Shown here: one piece after another, positions 54,908 to 64,000 of the stretch
Numbering within the stretch: position 1 is the first letter of the stretch
Layout: each line of letters opens with the position of its first letter
Source: Eledone cirrhosa
Lineage: Eukaryota
DNA: 64,000 bases
Reading direction: 5' to 3'
NCBI GenBank assembly: GCA_964016885.1
Contig: OZ024743.1
Span: 220,162,001 to 220,226,000, forward strand
The notes under the pieces: generated by a model
What the model was told of the DNA's origin: nothing
Databases searched by the model: none
What the model saw: only the letters and a program-made list of their open reading frames with translations
Translations under genes and position numbers: made by a program

Positions 54908-57900
54908 TATTATTACTTTTTTTTTTTTTTTTTTTTTTTTTCCAATTCAATGATGTTCCAGAACAATGTAAACGAGATAATTGCCAATTTGGGTTCTGGA
55001 ACAAAAAGGATCATTGGCAATAAGGGCAGGGGCCCCAAGTTATCACAACCTGGGCCCGCCCGTCATCGTGCCATTGTAATAGAGCCAAACAGGGCATTTA
55101 GTCTTGGCTGCTGGAACGTACGGACGCTGCTTGACAGGGATTCTTTGGAGCGTCCTGAACGAAGGACCGCTCTTGTTGCGAAGGAGCTTCGACGTTACGA
55201 TCTTGACATCGTGGCTTTGTCTGAGACGAGGTTAGCTGGAGATGGTCATCTTACGGAATTTTGTGGAGAATATACATTCTTCTGGAAAGGAAGAGATGAA
55301 GGAACCAGAAGAGAGGCTGGGGTAGGATTTGCTGTTAAGACTGTACTGGTGAATAAATTAGAAGAATTCCCAGTGGGGATTAGTGAGCGTCTTATGTCCA
55401 TGAGAGTTCCGCTGGACAAGGGAAGATATGCTACCCTGGTGAGTGTGTATGCTCCAACTATGAATTCTGTCGATGAAGAAAAACTGTCCTTTTACCATGC
55501 CTTGAAAGGTGTTTTAAGAAATATCCCTCAGGCAGACAAAGTCATCGTGCTTGGTGACTTTAATGCTAGAGTGGGTAGGGATTTTAACACATGGAATGTA
55601 ATCGGAAGGCATGGGGTGGGAAAGTGTAACAGCAATGGTATGCTCTTGCTGCAGATGTGTGAGGAGCTGGATCTGTGTGTTACCAACACCATGTTCCAAC
55701 AAAAGAACAAATTCAAGACCACATGGATGCATCCTGCATCTAAGGAATGGCATCTTTTGGACTACGTCCTAGTCAGGATGCGTGACAGACAGGATGTGCA
55801 GTGTGTTCGTGTTCTTCGTGGAGCTGAGTGCTGGACGGACCACCGCCTGGTACGCGCAAAAGTGAATCTAATCACCAAACGTAAAATCCGGGCTCCTGGT
55901 GTTACCCTGCCCAAAAGATTGAATGCTGCTCGTCTTAAGGATAAAAATGTGAAGAGGACATTGGAAGAAGAGATGCAGGCTGCAGATCTTGGTGAGGATT
56001 GGCCGACCCTTAAAAAGTCGGTTTATGATGTAGGCAGACGTGTTCTGGGATTGGTGCAGAGAAAACATCAGGACTGGTTTAATGAGAAAGATGTGCATAT
56101 AGATGACTTGTTGGCTGATAAGAGGCGCGTTCTGTCACGCTACTTGACGGCAAAACCACAGGAGAGGAATACGTTGCATGAGGAGCTCAGGGATGTAAAA
56201 TCACGTGTTAGGCGGAGTCTTTCTCAGATGAAGGATCAGTGGTGGAGTGAGAAGGCTGGTGAGATACAAACTGCGTCTGATTGCAATAACACAAAGCTGT
56301 TGTACAGTCTCTTGCGTGAGGTTTATGGACCGTCTTCTTCTCTGGTGACACCGATTCGCAGCAGGGATGGCAAAGAACTTCTTCGTGACTCACAGGGAAT
56401 TCTACGAAGGTGGCGAGAGCACTTTGATGATCTTTTGAATCAGCCGTCTGTCGTCAGTGAAGATTTCCTCAATCTCATTCCGGAAAGTCCTGTGAAAGTA
56501 GCTCTCGCAGAACCTCCGACACTTGTGGAGGTTGCAGTGGCTATTTCGAAGCTGAACAGTGGAAGATCTCCAGGTATGGATGGCATACATGCTGAGCTCC
56601 TACAATATGGTGGTGAGAGACTCCTGCAACATCTTCACTCTCTGTTTGGAAGGATATGGGCTAATGAATCCGTGCCTGAGGACTGGAGAGATGCAGTAAT
56701 GGTGGTCTTGTACAAGGGAAAGGGTAACAGGAATGATTGTGGGAACTACAGAGGTATATCATTGCTTTCTGTCGTGGGGAAAGTTTTATGTAGGGTGCTT
56801 CTGGACCGTCTGCTGACACACATTGCAGATTGTGTCCTTCCTGAAAGTCAATCTGGTTTTCGTGTTGGACGCGGCACTACTGATATGATCTTCTCAGCTA
56901 GACAGCTCCAGGAGAAGTGCATTGAACAGGGCTTGGATCTGTATCAGGTTTTTGTCGATCTGACAAAGGCTTTCGATACTGTCAACAGAGATGCATTATG
57001 GAAGGTTCTCCAGAAACTTGGTTGCCCTGATAAGTTCCTTGCTTTAGTTAGGTCTTTCCATGACGACATGAAGGCTTGGGTTAATGTCGGAGGTAACATG
57101 TCGGAGCCTATCTCAGTAAAAAATGGAGTGAAACAGGGGGATATTCCAGCACCGACCCTGTTTGCCATATACTTTGCAATGGTTTTCTGTATTGCATTCA
57201 GGAATTGCGAGCATGGTGTTTACATCCGATATCGAACCTCAGGCAGCATATTTAACATCAGGCGCTTTGCTGCGAAGACAAAAGTATTTACATCAGTCAT
57301 AAGAGACCTCTTGTATGCAGATGATTGCGATCTTGTAGCGCACACAGAGAGTGATATGCAGCACATTTTGAATGTATTTTCTGACGCTTGCACTGCCCTG
57401 GGTTTGACTGTCAGTCTCAAGAAAACCGTCGTCATGTACCAACCTGCACCTGGTAGGCAGTACACTGAACCAAACATCTATGTGTATGGCAAACGACTTG
57501 GAGTGGTTGATCAGTTTGTCTACCTGGGAAGCACTGTCAATCGATACGGCAACCTTGACAGTGAAATCTCACTTAGGATTAGGAAAGCAAGTGATGCTTT
57601 CGGAAAGCTAGAAAGGCGACTCTGGGGTCGGCGAGACATATGCAGGAGGACAAAGGTAAAGGTGTACAGGGCATGTGTACTCTCTTGTCTTCTTTATGCC
57701 TGCGAGACCTGGGTCACATATCGACGCCACCTTAAGCAATTGGAGCGTTTCCATCAGATGTGTCTCAGACGGATACATGGCGTTCACTGGAGGGACCACA
57801 TCAGTGATGTCGAGATTTTGGAAAGCTCTATGTGTGACAGTATAGAAGCTCTTGTGCTTAAGCAGCGACTCCGTTGGAGTGGTCACCTTGCCAGGATGAA

Positions 57901-58503
57901 GGATTCTAGAATACCAAAACAACTCTTCTATGGAGAGTTGGTTAAAGGAAAACGACCGCCACATAAACCAAAAAAGAGGTATAAGGATTCCTTGAAGGCC
58001 TCTCTGAAAGACGCTAACATCTCTGCTGATACATGGGAAAATATTGCTGCTGATCGTAGTAAATGGAGAAAGACTGTATATGAGGGAAAAGTTGCCTTTG
58101 AGGCATCTCGAATCGCACACGAGAAAGTAAGGCGGGACGTGAGGAAGGGTATTGCTGTTGCACTTCCAGACGGCGAGGGTCCTCCTATGTTTCTGACATG
58201 CAGCGTCTGTGCGAGACTCTGCCTAAGCAAAGCTGGACTCGAAAGTCATCTTCGCAGTCATAAAGTAAGACCAGTGGTTGACTACCAGGCTGCTGTTGGA
58301 GATGCTACTCATCATGCTTGCCAAACATGTGGTAGAGAATGTAAATCAGCAGGAGGACTCAAGCGACATGCAAAAGTACACGAACTCCAACCACAGCCGA
58401 CTATTCCCAGTAAATGTTTTGGTTGCCGACTCTGTGCAAGACATTTTAGATCATTCGCTGGGCTAAAAAGCCACATTCGATCGCAGCACTGTTAGTTGCT
58501 ATC

Positions 58504-58547
<44 letters not shown>

Positions 58548-58649
58548 GCTTATGTGCGTGCGTGTGTGTGTATATATATATGAATATGTATATTATTATT
58601 GTTGTTGTCGTTATTATTATTATTGCTATTATTATTATTATTATTATTG
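54563..58649 (+). mobile_element. Apparently intact RTE-clade LINE (5' UTR, single ORF, 3' UTR interrupted at about 58650)
   Basis: 5' UTR at 54563-54949, a 1181-aa ORF, and 3' UTR microsatellites in the same order as in the truncated copies, but without the terminal stem-loop and (TATG)n. Confidence 0.92.
54950..58495 (+). CDS. RTE LINE polyprotein: AP endonuclease, reverse transcriptase and three C2H2 zinc fingers
   Basis: WNVRTL, ALSETR, VYAPT, LGDFNARVG, WTDH (APE); NYRGISLL, QSGFR, FVDLTKAFD, GVKQG, LLYADD, FVYLGS (RT); CSVC..HLRSH, CQTC..HAKVH, CRLC..HIRSQH. No stop codon in 1181 aa. Confidence 0.95.
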   Translation: MMFQNNVNEIIANLGSGTKRIIGNKGRGPKLSQPGPARHRAIVIEPNRAFSLGCWNVRTLLDRDSLERPERRTALVAKELRRYDLDIVALSETRLAGDGHLTEFCGEYTFFWKGRDEGTRREAGVGFAVKTVLVNKLEEFPVGISERLMSMRVPLDKGRYATLVSVYAPTMNSVDEEKLSFYHALKGVLRNIPQADKVIVLGDFNARVGRDFNTWNVIGRHGVGKCNSNGMLLLQMCEELDLCVTNTMFQQKNKFKTTWMHPASKEWHLLDYVLVRMRDRQDVQCVRVLRGAECWTDHRLVRAKVNLITKRKIRAPGVTLPKRLNAARLKDKNVKRTLEEEMQAADLGEDWPTLKKSVYDVGRRVLGLVQRKHQDWFNEKDVHIDDLLADKRRVLSRYLTAKPQERNTLHEELRDVKSRVRRSLSQMKDQWWSEKAGEIQTASDCNNTKLLYSLLREVYGPSSSLVTPIRSRDGKELLRDSQGILRRWREHFDDLLNQPSVVSEDFLNLIPESPVKVALAEPPTLVEVAVAISKLNSGRSPGMDGIHAELLQYGGERLLQHLHSLFGRIWANESVPEDWRDAVMVVLYKGKGNRNDCGNYRGISLLSVVGKVLCRVLLDRLLTHIADCVLPESQSGFRVGRGTTDMIFSARQLQEKCIEQGLDLYQVFVDLTKAFDTVNRDALWKVLQKLGCPDKFLALVRSFHDDMKAWVNVGGNMSEPISVKNGVKQGDIPAPTLFAIYFAMVFCIAFRNCEHGVYIRYRTSGSIFNIRRFAAKTKVFTSVIRDLLYADDCDLVAHTESDMQHILNVFSDACTALGLTVSLKKTVVMYQPAPGRQYTEPNIYVYGKRLGVVDQFVYLGSTVNRYGNLDSEISLRIRKASDAFGKLERRLWGRRDICRRTKVKVYRACVLSCLLYACETWVTYRRHLKQLERFHQMCLRRIHGVHWRDHISDVEILESSMCDSIEALVLKQRLRWSGHLARMKDSRIPKQLFYGELVKGKRPPHKPKKRYKDSLKASLKDANISADTWENIAADRSKWRKTVYEGKVAFEASRIAHEKVRRDVRKGIAVALPDGEGPPMFLTCSVCARLCLSKAGLESHLRSHKVRPVVDYQAAVGDATHHACQTCGRECKSAGGLKRHAKVHELQPQPTIPSKCFGCRLCARHFRSFAGLKSHIRSQHC

Positions 58650-58863
58650 AATGCCATGGTTGACGGAGGCTCGGCTCTGTAAGGTATAGTAATTTTTAAC
58701 CGTTAAAACAATTGTAAATTGTTTAAAACTTGAACCAAATTGTTGATAAAGACACCCTCCTCCTCGTGAGAGGGGTCTTTCTGTCCGTTATTTGGCCCTT
58801 CGGGGTTAAATAACCAGTTATTGGGGTTTTGTACCCAAAATTTCATTTTAAACAAAAAACAAC

Positions 58864-60961
58864 ATGGCTACGAAAAAGAAATTTCATACGTCACTCCCAC
58901 TCATTCCGTCTTCTTCTTCCTCAATCATCACTACAGCAGAGAGAAGATTGTCTCTCTCCCTCCCTTCTTTAAATGTGTCTCTCTCCCTCCCTTCTCTTTC
59001 GCAAGTGACGAAAGAAAAGAAAAGTCTCGTGCAAAGCGTGCAAGGTTTCTCCACGACGACGACGACAGCGACGAAACAGGTGTGCGGGAAATACGAAAAC
59101 CCAGTTCATTCGTCTGACGTCAGGAATAATAGCAGTAGCAGCCGTAATAACAACAGCAACAGTGACAATGAAAACAACAGTAGCAGCCGCAACAGCATCA
59201 CCAGCAGCATAAACAACAACAGCATTAGCAGCAGCAACACCAACAACAACCACAGCAACAGCGGCGGAGGCAGTAGTCGTAGTACCTGCAGCAACAACAA
59301 AAGTACCAGCAGCTCTGACGACAACAACAACAGCAGAGAAAAACCAATCTCATTTGCAGGTATTGCGAAAAACTTGGAAACAATCCTCATAACAAATGAG
59401 GAATTAGAGGAAGCGAAGAAGATGGTGACAAAGAACGGACACCGAGCAATCTGCAAGGCAGCGAAAAATTTTTTCGAAACCCAAGAGCACTGTACGGTCA
59501 CGTACCGTACAGTAAGTACAAAATCCCGTAGGGTGGAAAGAGCCACAGAGGCCCAAATACAAAAAGCCTTGGGGTCTGTGTGGCAGAGGAAAACGCACAT
59601 CACCCGAGGCAAAAAATACGCCACCGTAGACGTACTTTTTGCCACACCCCAGGAGGCAAAGGCCCAATCAGTAGTGACCCTAAGGAGCGAGGAAATGGTG
59701 TTGGTGCCCTCCTACTGCGGGCAAAAAATTGTGAGGGTCAAACTGACCCACGTCCCCCCCCGGAATGACCCCTTCTTGGCTGGCCGCGTCTGTCCTCGTC
59801 GGAATCGAGGACAAAACAACTGTACTGCAAGTACAGAAAAAAGTAAGAGAAGATTGGGTCGGCTCCTCCATTGAGATGCTAATCCAAACCAACCAGGAGT
59901 GCATCGAAGCTATCCCGGATGTGATAGACTTCGATAACGGCACTCAACTGCCCATAAGTGTTGAGGGCAAACGCCCGAAATGCTTTCGCTGTGGATCGAA
60001 GACTCACCTCAGGGCCTTCTGCAACGAGAAGACCCTGAGAAAGGAGAAAACCCCCCTCCTTCCGAATCCGGCTCCACGGCTACCAGCAACAGGACAAGCG
60101 GCAACCAGGAACGATAGGCCCGTGGCACCCATACCCACTCCACGGAAATCAAAAACAGCAGCAGCAGTGGAAATACTAACAACAACAACAGCAATACCAA
60201 ATGCAGCTGCAACAGAGACTCCAGTGCAAACATCACCAACAACAACAAGTGAAAGAGTGGAGTTGGTACCCCTCCCCGACCTCACAGAATCAGACATGGA
60301 GTGTGAGGTGGGAGAGAGATGGCAAAAGGTCGTAAGAAGGCACAAACGCAGAAGCAGCGCATCGTCGCCTTTGAAAAGGGAGGAAAGAAATGAGAAAAGG
60401 GTAAAGTCTACTGCAAAGAGACCCACAGCAGCAACAACACCAACACCATCACCACCCACACTAGCGCCACCATCACCACCGGCGACAACCCCACCGCCAA
60501 CAACACCTTCAACACCACCACCACAAGCACCAACATCGCAAACACAACAACAAAACACACACACCCAGCAACAACGACAAGAAAATAGCAGAACCACACC
60601 CCACCCCCAGAAAAACAAATGCACGGCAATAAACACACACAACAAGAAACTAATGACTTACATAATTGAACACACAGACATTTCACAACAGGACTACATA
60701 ATACCAGCACCAATCAAAACGCCAACTAACATAAGACTGCTAAAAATAGCACAGAAACAATACACAAACATTAAAACGAAATTTCCCAACGCAGTTGGTG
60801 ATTTCAGGGACCTAGGAGGAACCATTAATCGAAGAGTATATTCAGACATTCTCTTAGAAGAGCCGACGACCAGCCGAAGGGACGATTCAACGGTCCCTTC
60901 ACCAGACGATCAAGTGAAAAGGGATGTAAAAACCATCCCTCCTCTACCAAAAATACGGTAA
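58864..60961 (+). CDS. ORF1 (gag-like, zinc knuckle), split by one extra base in a C8 run at 59754-59761
   Basis: ORFs 58864-59874 and 59765-60961 fuse (HVPPGMTPSW) if one C is removed. CFRCGSKTHLRAFC fits CX2CX4HX4C. Low-complexity S/N and P/T tracts. Confidence 0.8.
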
Positions 60962-60996
60962 GTGGTCTTTCCCATCTTTTCCACTCTATTTTAAAC

Positions 60997-63900
60997 ATGA
61001 CCTCACTCAGAATAGGCAGCATAAATGCGCGTGGCTTGGGGTCGTCATGGAAGCAGGGTCACCTGCTCAACGACCTCAGGTCACTAAACATAGATGTAGT
61101 GGCCATCAGCGAGACCAGAATCTCCGAAGCACGGGCCTTCGCACCGATCTTCGGCGGCTACGATGTGTACGCATCTCCCAGCCGTCCTGGATCGGGTGGA
61201 GGAGTTGCTGTGCTTTTTCGGAGAGGTTTGGATCTCGCCATACGGGCCATCTTCCTGGACCCAGAGGGTAAGCTGGTGGTGCTGGACGTGACCAGTGGAG
61301 ACGGGCAAGCTTTCAGGCTAGTGGCCGTCTATGCCCCGACAGGAGCAGGGCGGCCTGATTTCTTCCGGCGTCTGGAGACCTTTCTTGGAACGTCGCGCTC
61401 TTTAGTGTTAGTGGGCGACTGGAACGGGATCTTAGATGCACGCTGGGACTGTGTGGGATTAGCGGATAGGGGTGGAGGGTGCAAGAGCCTCACCAACCTG
61501 CTCAGGCGTTTTGAACTGTCTGACAGGTACCGATTGGATTTCCCGAATGTGCCAATGTGGACTTGGACAAACCGCATAGGGTCATCCAGATCATATCTAG
61601 ATAGAGTATTTTGTAGGGAAATAGATAGGTCTAGCATAGGCTGTCCACAATTCAAGATAGTCAGCTACACGGACCACAAATTCGTGATCTGTGTGCTTGA
61701 CTTAGATAGGCTTCATAGACGAGGACCCGGCTACTGGAAGCTAAACGCGTCCTTACCAGCGCGCAAGGCCTACAGAGACCGGATTAGCGAACTAGTTAAG
61801 CGGGCGTTGACGGGGGCCATCGTCAACAACAAGTGGTGGTTTGCTCTGAAAAGAGCGATTAGAATAGAATCGATTAGGTTTAGTAAGGCTTTAGCAATAG
61901 AGAAAAATAGAGCAGAGGGAGAACTAGTTAGAAAATTAGACGAGGCGCTTAGCAAAGGCATTGCGACCGACGTGCTTGCGGCGAAATTGGCCCTTGACCA
62001 ATTCTTCAATGCAAAGCACGAAGGCTGCGTTGTCAGAGCTAGGGTGCGTGCTCTCAGACACGAGGGGACGAAAGCCGTTCAATGGGCCCGAGTGGCGGAG
62101 GCGCGTCGTGGCAACAAAGCCACGATCCGGTCTTTGGTGGACCACGACGGGCGCATGCTACTCGATCCCGGGCAAATGTGTGAAGCTTTTCAGCGACACT
62201 TCGCTCAGCTGTTCGGGGGCAGCGGGGGGCCGGGTAGAGGGATGGACTTTAGTGTCTACCTCGACGGACTGCCGCGGCTCTCGGCCACTGAGGCGAAGTG
62301 TTGCGAAAAGCCGATAACAGCCGCTGAAGTAAGGGAGGCAATGACTGGCTGCACAAGGGGTAAATCGCCTGGTTTGGATGGTCTGCCCTATGAACTTTAC
62401 GTACAGATGCCAGACTTGTTCGGAGGCCTCTTGGCGGACGTCTACTGCAACTGGCAACAGAACGGGAGAATTCCCAGTTCTGTGAGCCGAGGAGCGGTGG
62501 CACTGCTGAGAAAGGATCCGAACAAGGGGGATAACATAGACAATTTCCGGCCCATAACTCTGCTAAACACAGAGTTTAAGATTTTGGCCAAGGTGCTAGC
62601 AAAGAGGTTGGCGCTTGTCGTTGGTGGTCTGGTGGGAGAGGCGCAGACATGCGCCATTCCCGACAGATCCATCCACGACAACCTCCACCTCATGCGATAC
62701 ATCGTAGAGAGGGTAGCTAGGGAACCTGGCACGGGTGGGTCCTTGATCAATTTAGATCAGTCGAAAGCTTTCGATAGGGTCGACCATCGTTACCTAGCGG
62801 CAGTCCTGAGGGCGGCTGGCTTTGGGCCCGTCTTCAGAGGCTGGATCGCTGCCATGCACAGCGACATCTGCTCTGTGGTGAGAGTGAACGGTCACCTGTC
62901 GGAACCGTTCAACATCATGCGCTCGGTCCGCCAAGGATGTCCCCTCTCGTCCCTCTTGTACGTATTGACTCTCGAGCCATTACTGCACAAACTGGAGACG
63001 TTGAGGGGAGTCCCGCGCGAACTAGGATGCGGAAGATCCGTGTCAGCATATGCGGACGATGTCACCGTAGTGGTGTCGAACGCCAAACACATCGAGGCGA
63101 TCGGCACTACACTAAGAGAATACGAAGCGGTGACAGGAGCAATGATCAACCAGGAAAAGTCAGTGGGCCTGCAGCTCGGCACCTGGAGAGGCAGGTCCAT
63201 GCCGTCCAACAGCGTCGTCGGGCGCTGGACGGACGGACCGGTTAAATTGCTAGGGGTCTGGTTCGGTCCGGACCTCCAGACGGACAAAAACTGGGACGAG
63301 GTGACGAGCAGGGTGGCTTCTCTCACCCAGAAATGGGCGGAGAGGAAGCTATCCCTGAAAGGTCGAGCGGAGGTGGCTAACGCGTACATCGCGTCTGTCA
63401 TCTGCTACCGCCTAACCGTCGTACCTTGTCCTAAGCCTCGCCTGACTGCGCTGGAGCGTTTGCTCTTTCGCTTTTTGTGGAAGGGACGTGCTCCGATGGT
63501 CAGGCGGTCCATCTGTTGTCAACACCCGCTACGTGGAGGGCTGGGCATGCCGTGGCTGATGATGCGCAGGCACGCGCTCAGGCTACGACATCTCCACCTC
63601 TTCCTCGACGGTGATCAGGTGTGGTCGCCGTTTGCTAGACGCGTTTTTCCCCAGCTCGTTTCCTTGACGGAGCTGCAGTCCTGGGTCAAGCGAAGACCGA
63701 GAGGGAGCGCCTGGAGACTGGAATGTCTTCAGGCGCTCACAGCCCTCGACCAATCGGGCAATGTGATCGGTGGAAACTCCACCTCGGCGTTCTATAGAGG
63801 ATTAGTGGAGGGGAAGAGCGACGACGTACTTGGGGAAACTCTAGGCGTCGACGAAAATCAACTAGCCAATCTCTTCGGAAGAACTTTCGGGCCAGGGCCT

Positions 63901-64000
63901 ATGGACAACTTCCAGAAATCTCTGGCCTGGCAGTGCTACCGAGGAGCCTTGCCAGTTCGGGATAAACTCTACAGGCATGGAGGTGCCGTCAGCCGGGCAT
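60997..64000 (+). CDS. ORF2: AP endonuclease plus reverse transcriptase (partial, open to the window end; absent from the ORF track)
   Basis: MTSLRIGSINARGL..AISETR..VYAP..VGDWN..YLDR..YTDH; GYWKLN; KSPGLDGLPYE; FRPITLLN; DQSKAFDRVDH; VRQGCPLS; AYADD at 63046-63060, in frame with ATG 60997. Confidence 0.92.
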   Translation, partial: MTSLRIGSINARGLGSSWKQGHLLNDLRSLNIDVVAISETRISEARAFAPIFGGYDVYASPSRPGSGGGVAVLFRRGLDLAIRAIFLDPEGKLVVLDVTSGDGQAFRLVAVYAPTGAGRPDFFRRLETFLGTSRSLVLVGDWNGILDARWDCVGLADRGGGCKSLTNLLRRFELSDRYRLDFPNVPMWTWTNRIGSSRSYLDRVFCREIDRSSIGCPQFKIVSYTDHKFVICVLDLDRLHRRGPGYWKLNASLPARKAYRDRISELVKRALTGAIVNNKWWFALKRAIRIESIRFSKALAIEKNRAEGELVRKLDEALSKGIATDVLAAKLALDQFFNAKHEGCVVRARVRALRHEGTKAVQWARVAEARRGNKATIRSLVDHDGRMLLDPGQMCEAFQRHFAQLFGGSGGPGRGMDFSVYLDGLPRLSATEAKCCEKPITAAEVREAMTGCTRGKSPGLDGLPYELYVQMPDLFGGLLADVYCNWQQNGRIPSSVSRGAVALLRKDPNKGDNIDNFRPITLLNTEFKILAKVLAKRLALVVGGLVGEAQTCAIPDRSIHDNLHLMRYIVERVAREPGTGGSLINLDQSKAFDRVDHRYLAAVLRAAGFGPVFRGWIAAMHSDICSVVRVNGHLSEPFNIMRSVRQGCPLSSLLYVLTLEPLLHKLETLRGVPRELGCGRSVSAYADDVTVVVSNAKHIEAIGTTLREYEAVTGAMINQEKSVGLQLGTWRGRSMPSNSVVGRWTDGPVKLLGVWFGPDLQTDKNWDEVTSRVASLTQKWAERKLSLKGRAEVANAYIASVICYRLTVVPCPKPRLTALERLLFRFLWKGRAPMVRRSICCQHPLRGGLGMPWLMMRRHALRLRHLHLFLDGDQVWSPFARRVFPQLVSLTELQSWVKRRPRGSAWRLECLQALTALDQSGNVIGGNSTSAFYRGLVEGKSDDVLGETLGVDENQLANLFGRTFGPGPMDNFQKSLAWQCYRGALPVRDKLYRHGGAVSRA

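Larger units (their letters stand above)
58650..64000 (+). mobile_element. L1/Tx1-like LINE with two ORFs, running off the window end
   Basis: Structured 5' UTR, an ORF1 with a CCHC knuckle and an ORF2 with APE plus RT. Begins abruptly inside the (ATT)n tract of the RTE 3' UTR. Confidence 0.88.

Noticed and set aside
58745-58825. HDV-like ribozyme in the L1/Tx1 5' UTR (tcctcgt loop, UUCG hairpin)
   Set aside because: The nested double pseudoknot could not be built; only two simple hairpins are supported.

Overview
AT-rich, microsatellite-saturated animal genomic DNA, almost entirely made of transposable elements and simple repeats. The SINE and LINE families resemble those of octopus/cephalopods, which is an inference. 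No host protein-coding gene is clearly supported; there is one weak signal-peptide exon candidate. The window holds: an apparently intact RTE-clade LINE with three C-terminal C2H2 fingers (54950-58495); a young L1/Tx1-like LINE inserted in that LINE's 3' UTR (about 58650 to the window end); four R4/Dong-like restriction-like-endonuclease LINE remnants; four Penelope-like element (PLE; RT plus GIY-YIG) remnants; tandem non-autonomous Helitrons; many tRNA-derived SINEs; and a non-autonomous element built from RTE 5'-UTR-like and 3'-end sequence. Three things are not explained by the ORF track. (1) About 13 minimal type-I hammerhead ribozyme motifs of 8 sequence types lie between 14 and 47 kb, in PLE termini and solo fragments. 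(2) A graded series of inverted repeats and hairpins often folds back at the hammerhead GAAA. (3) Elements are partitioned by microsatellite: RTE and its non-autonomous partner carry (TATG)n tails and stack in them, R4-like LINEs sit antisense in the same tracts, and PLEs mostly use (TA)n. All coordinates and pairings were read by eye, so element edges are approximate.
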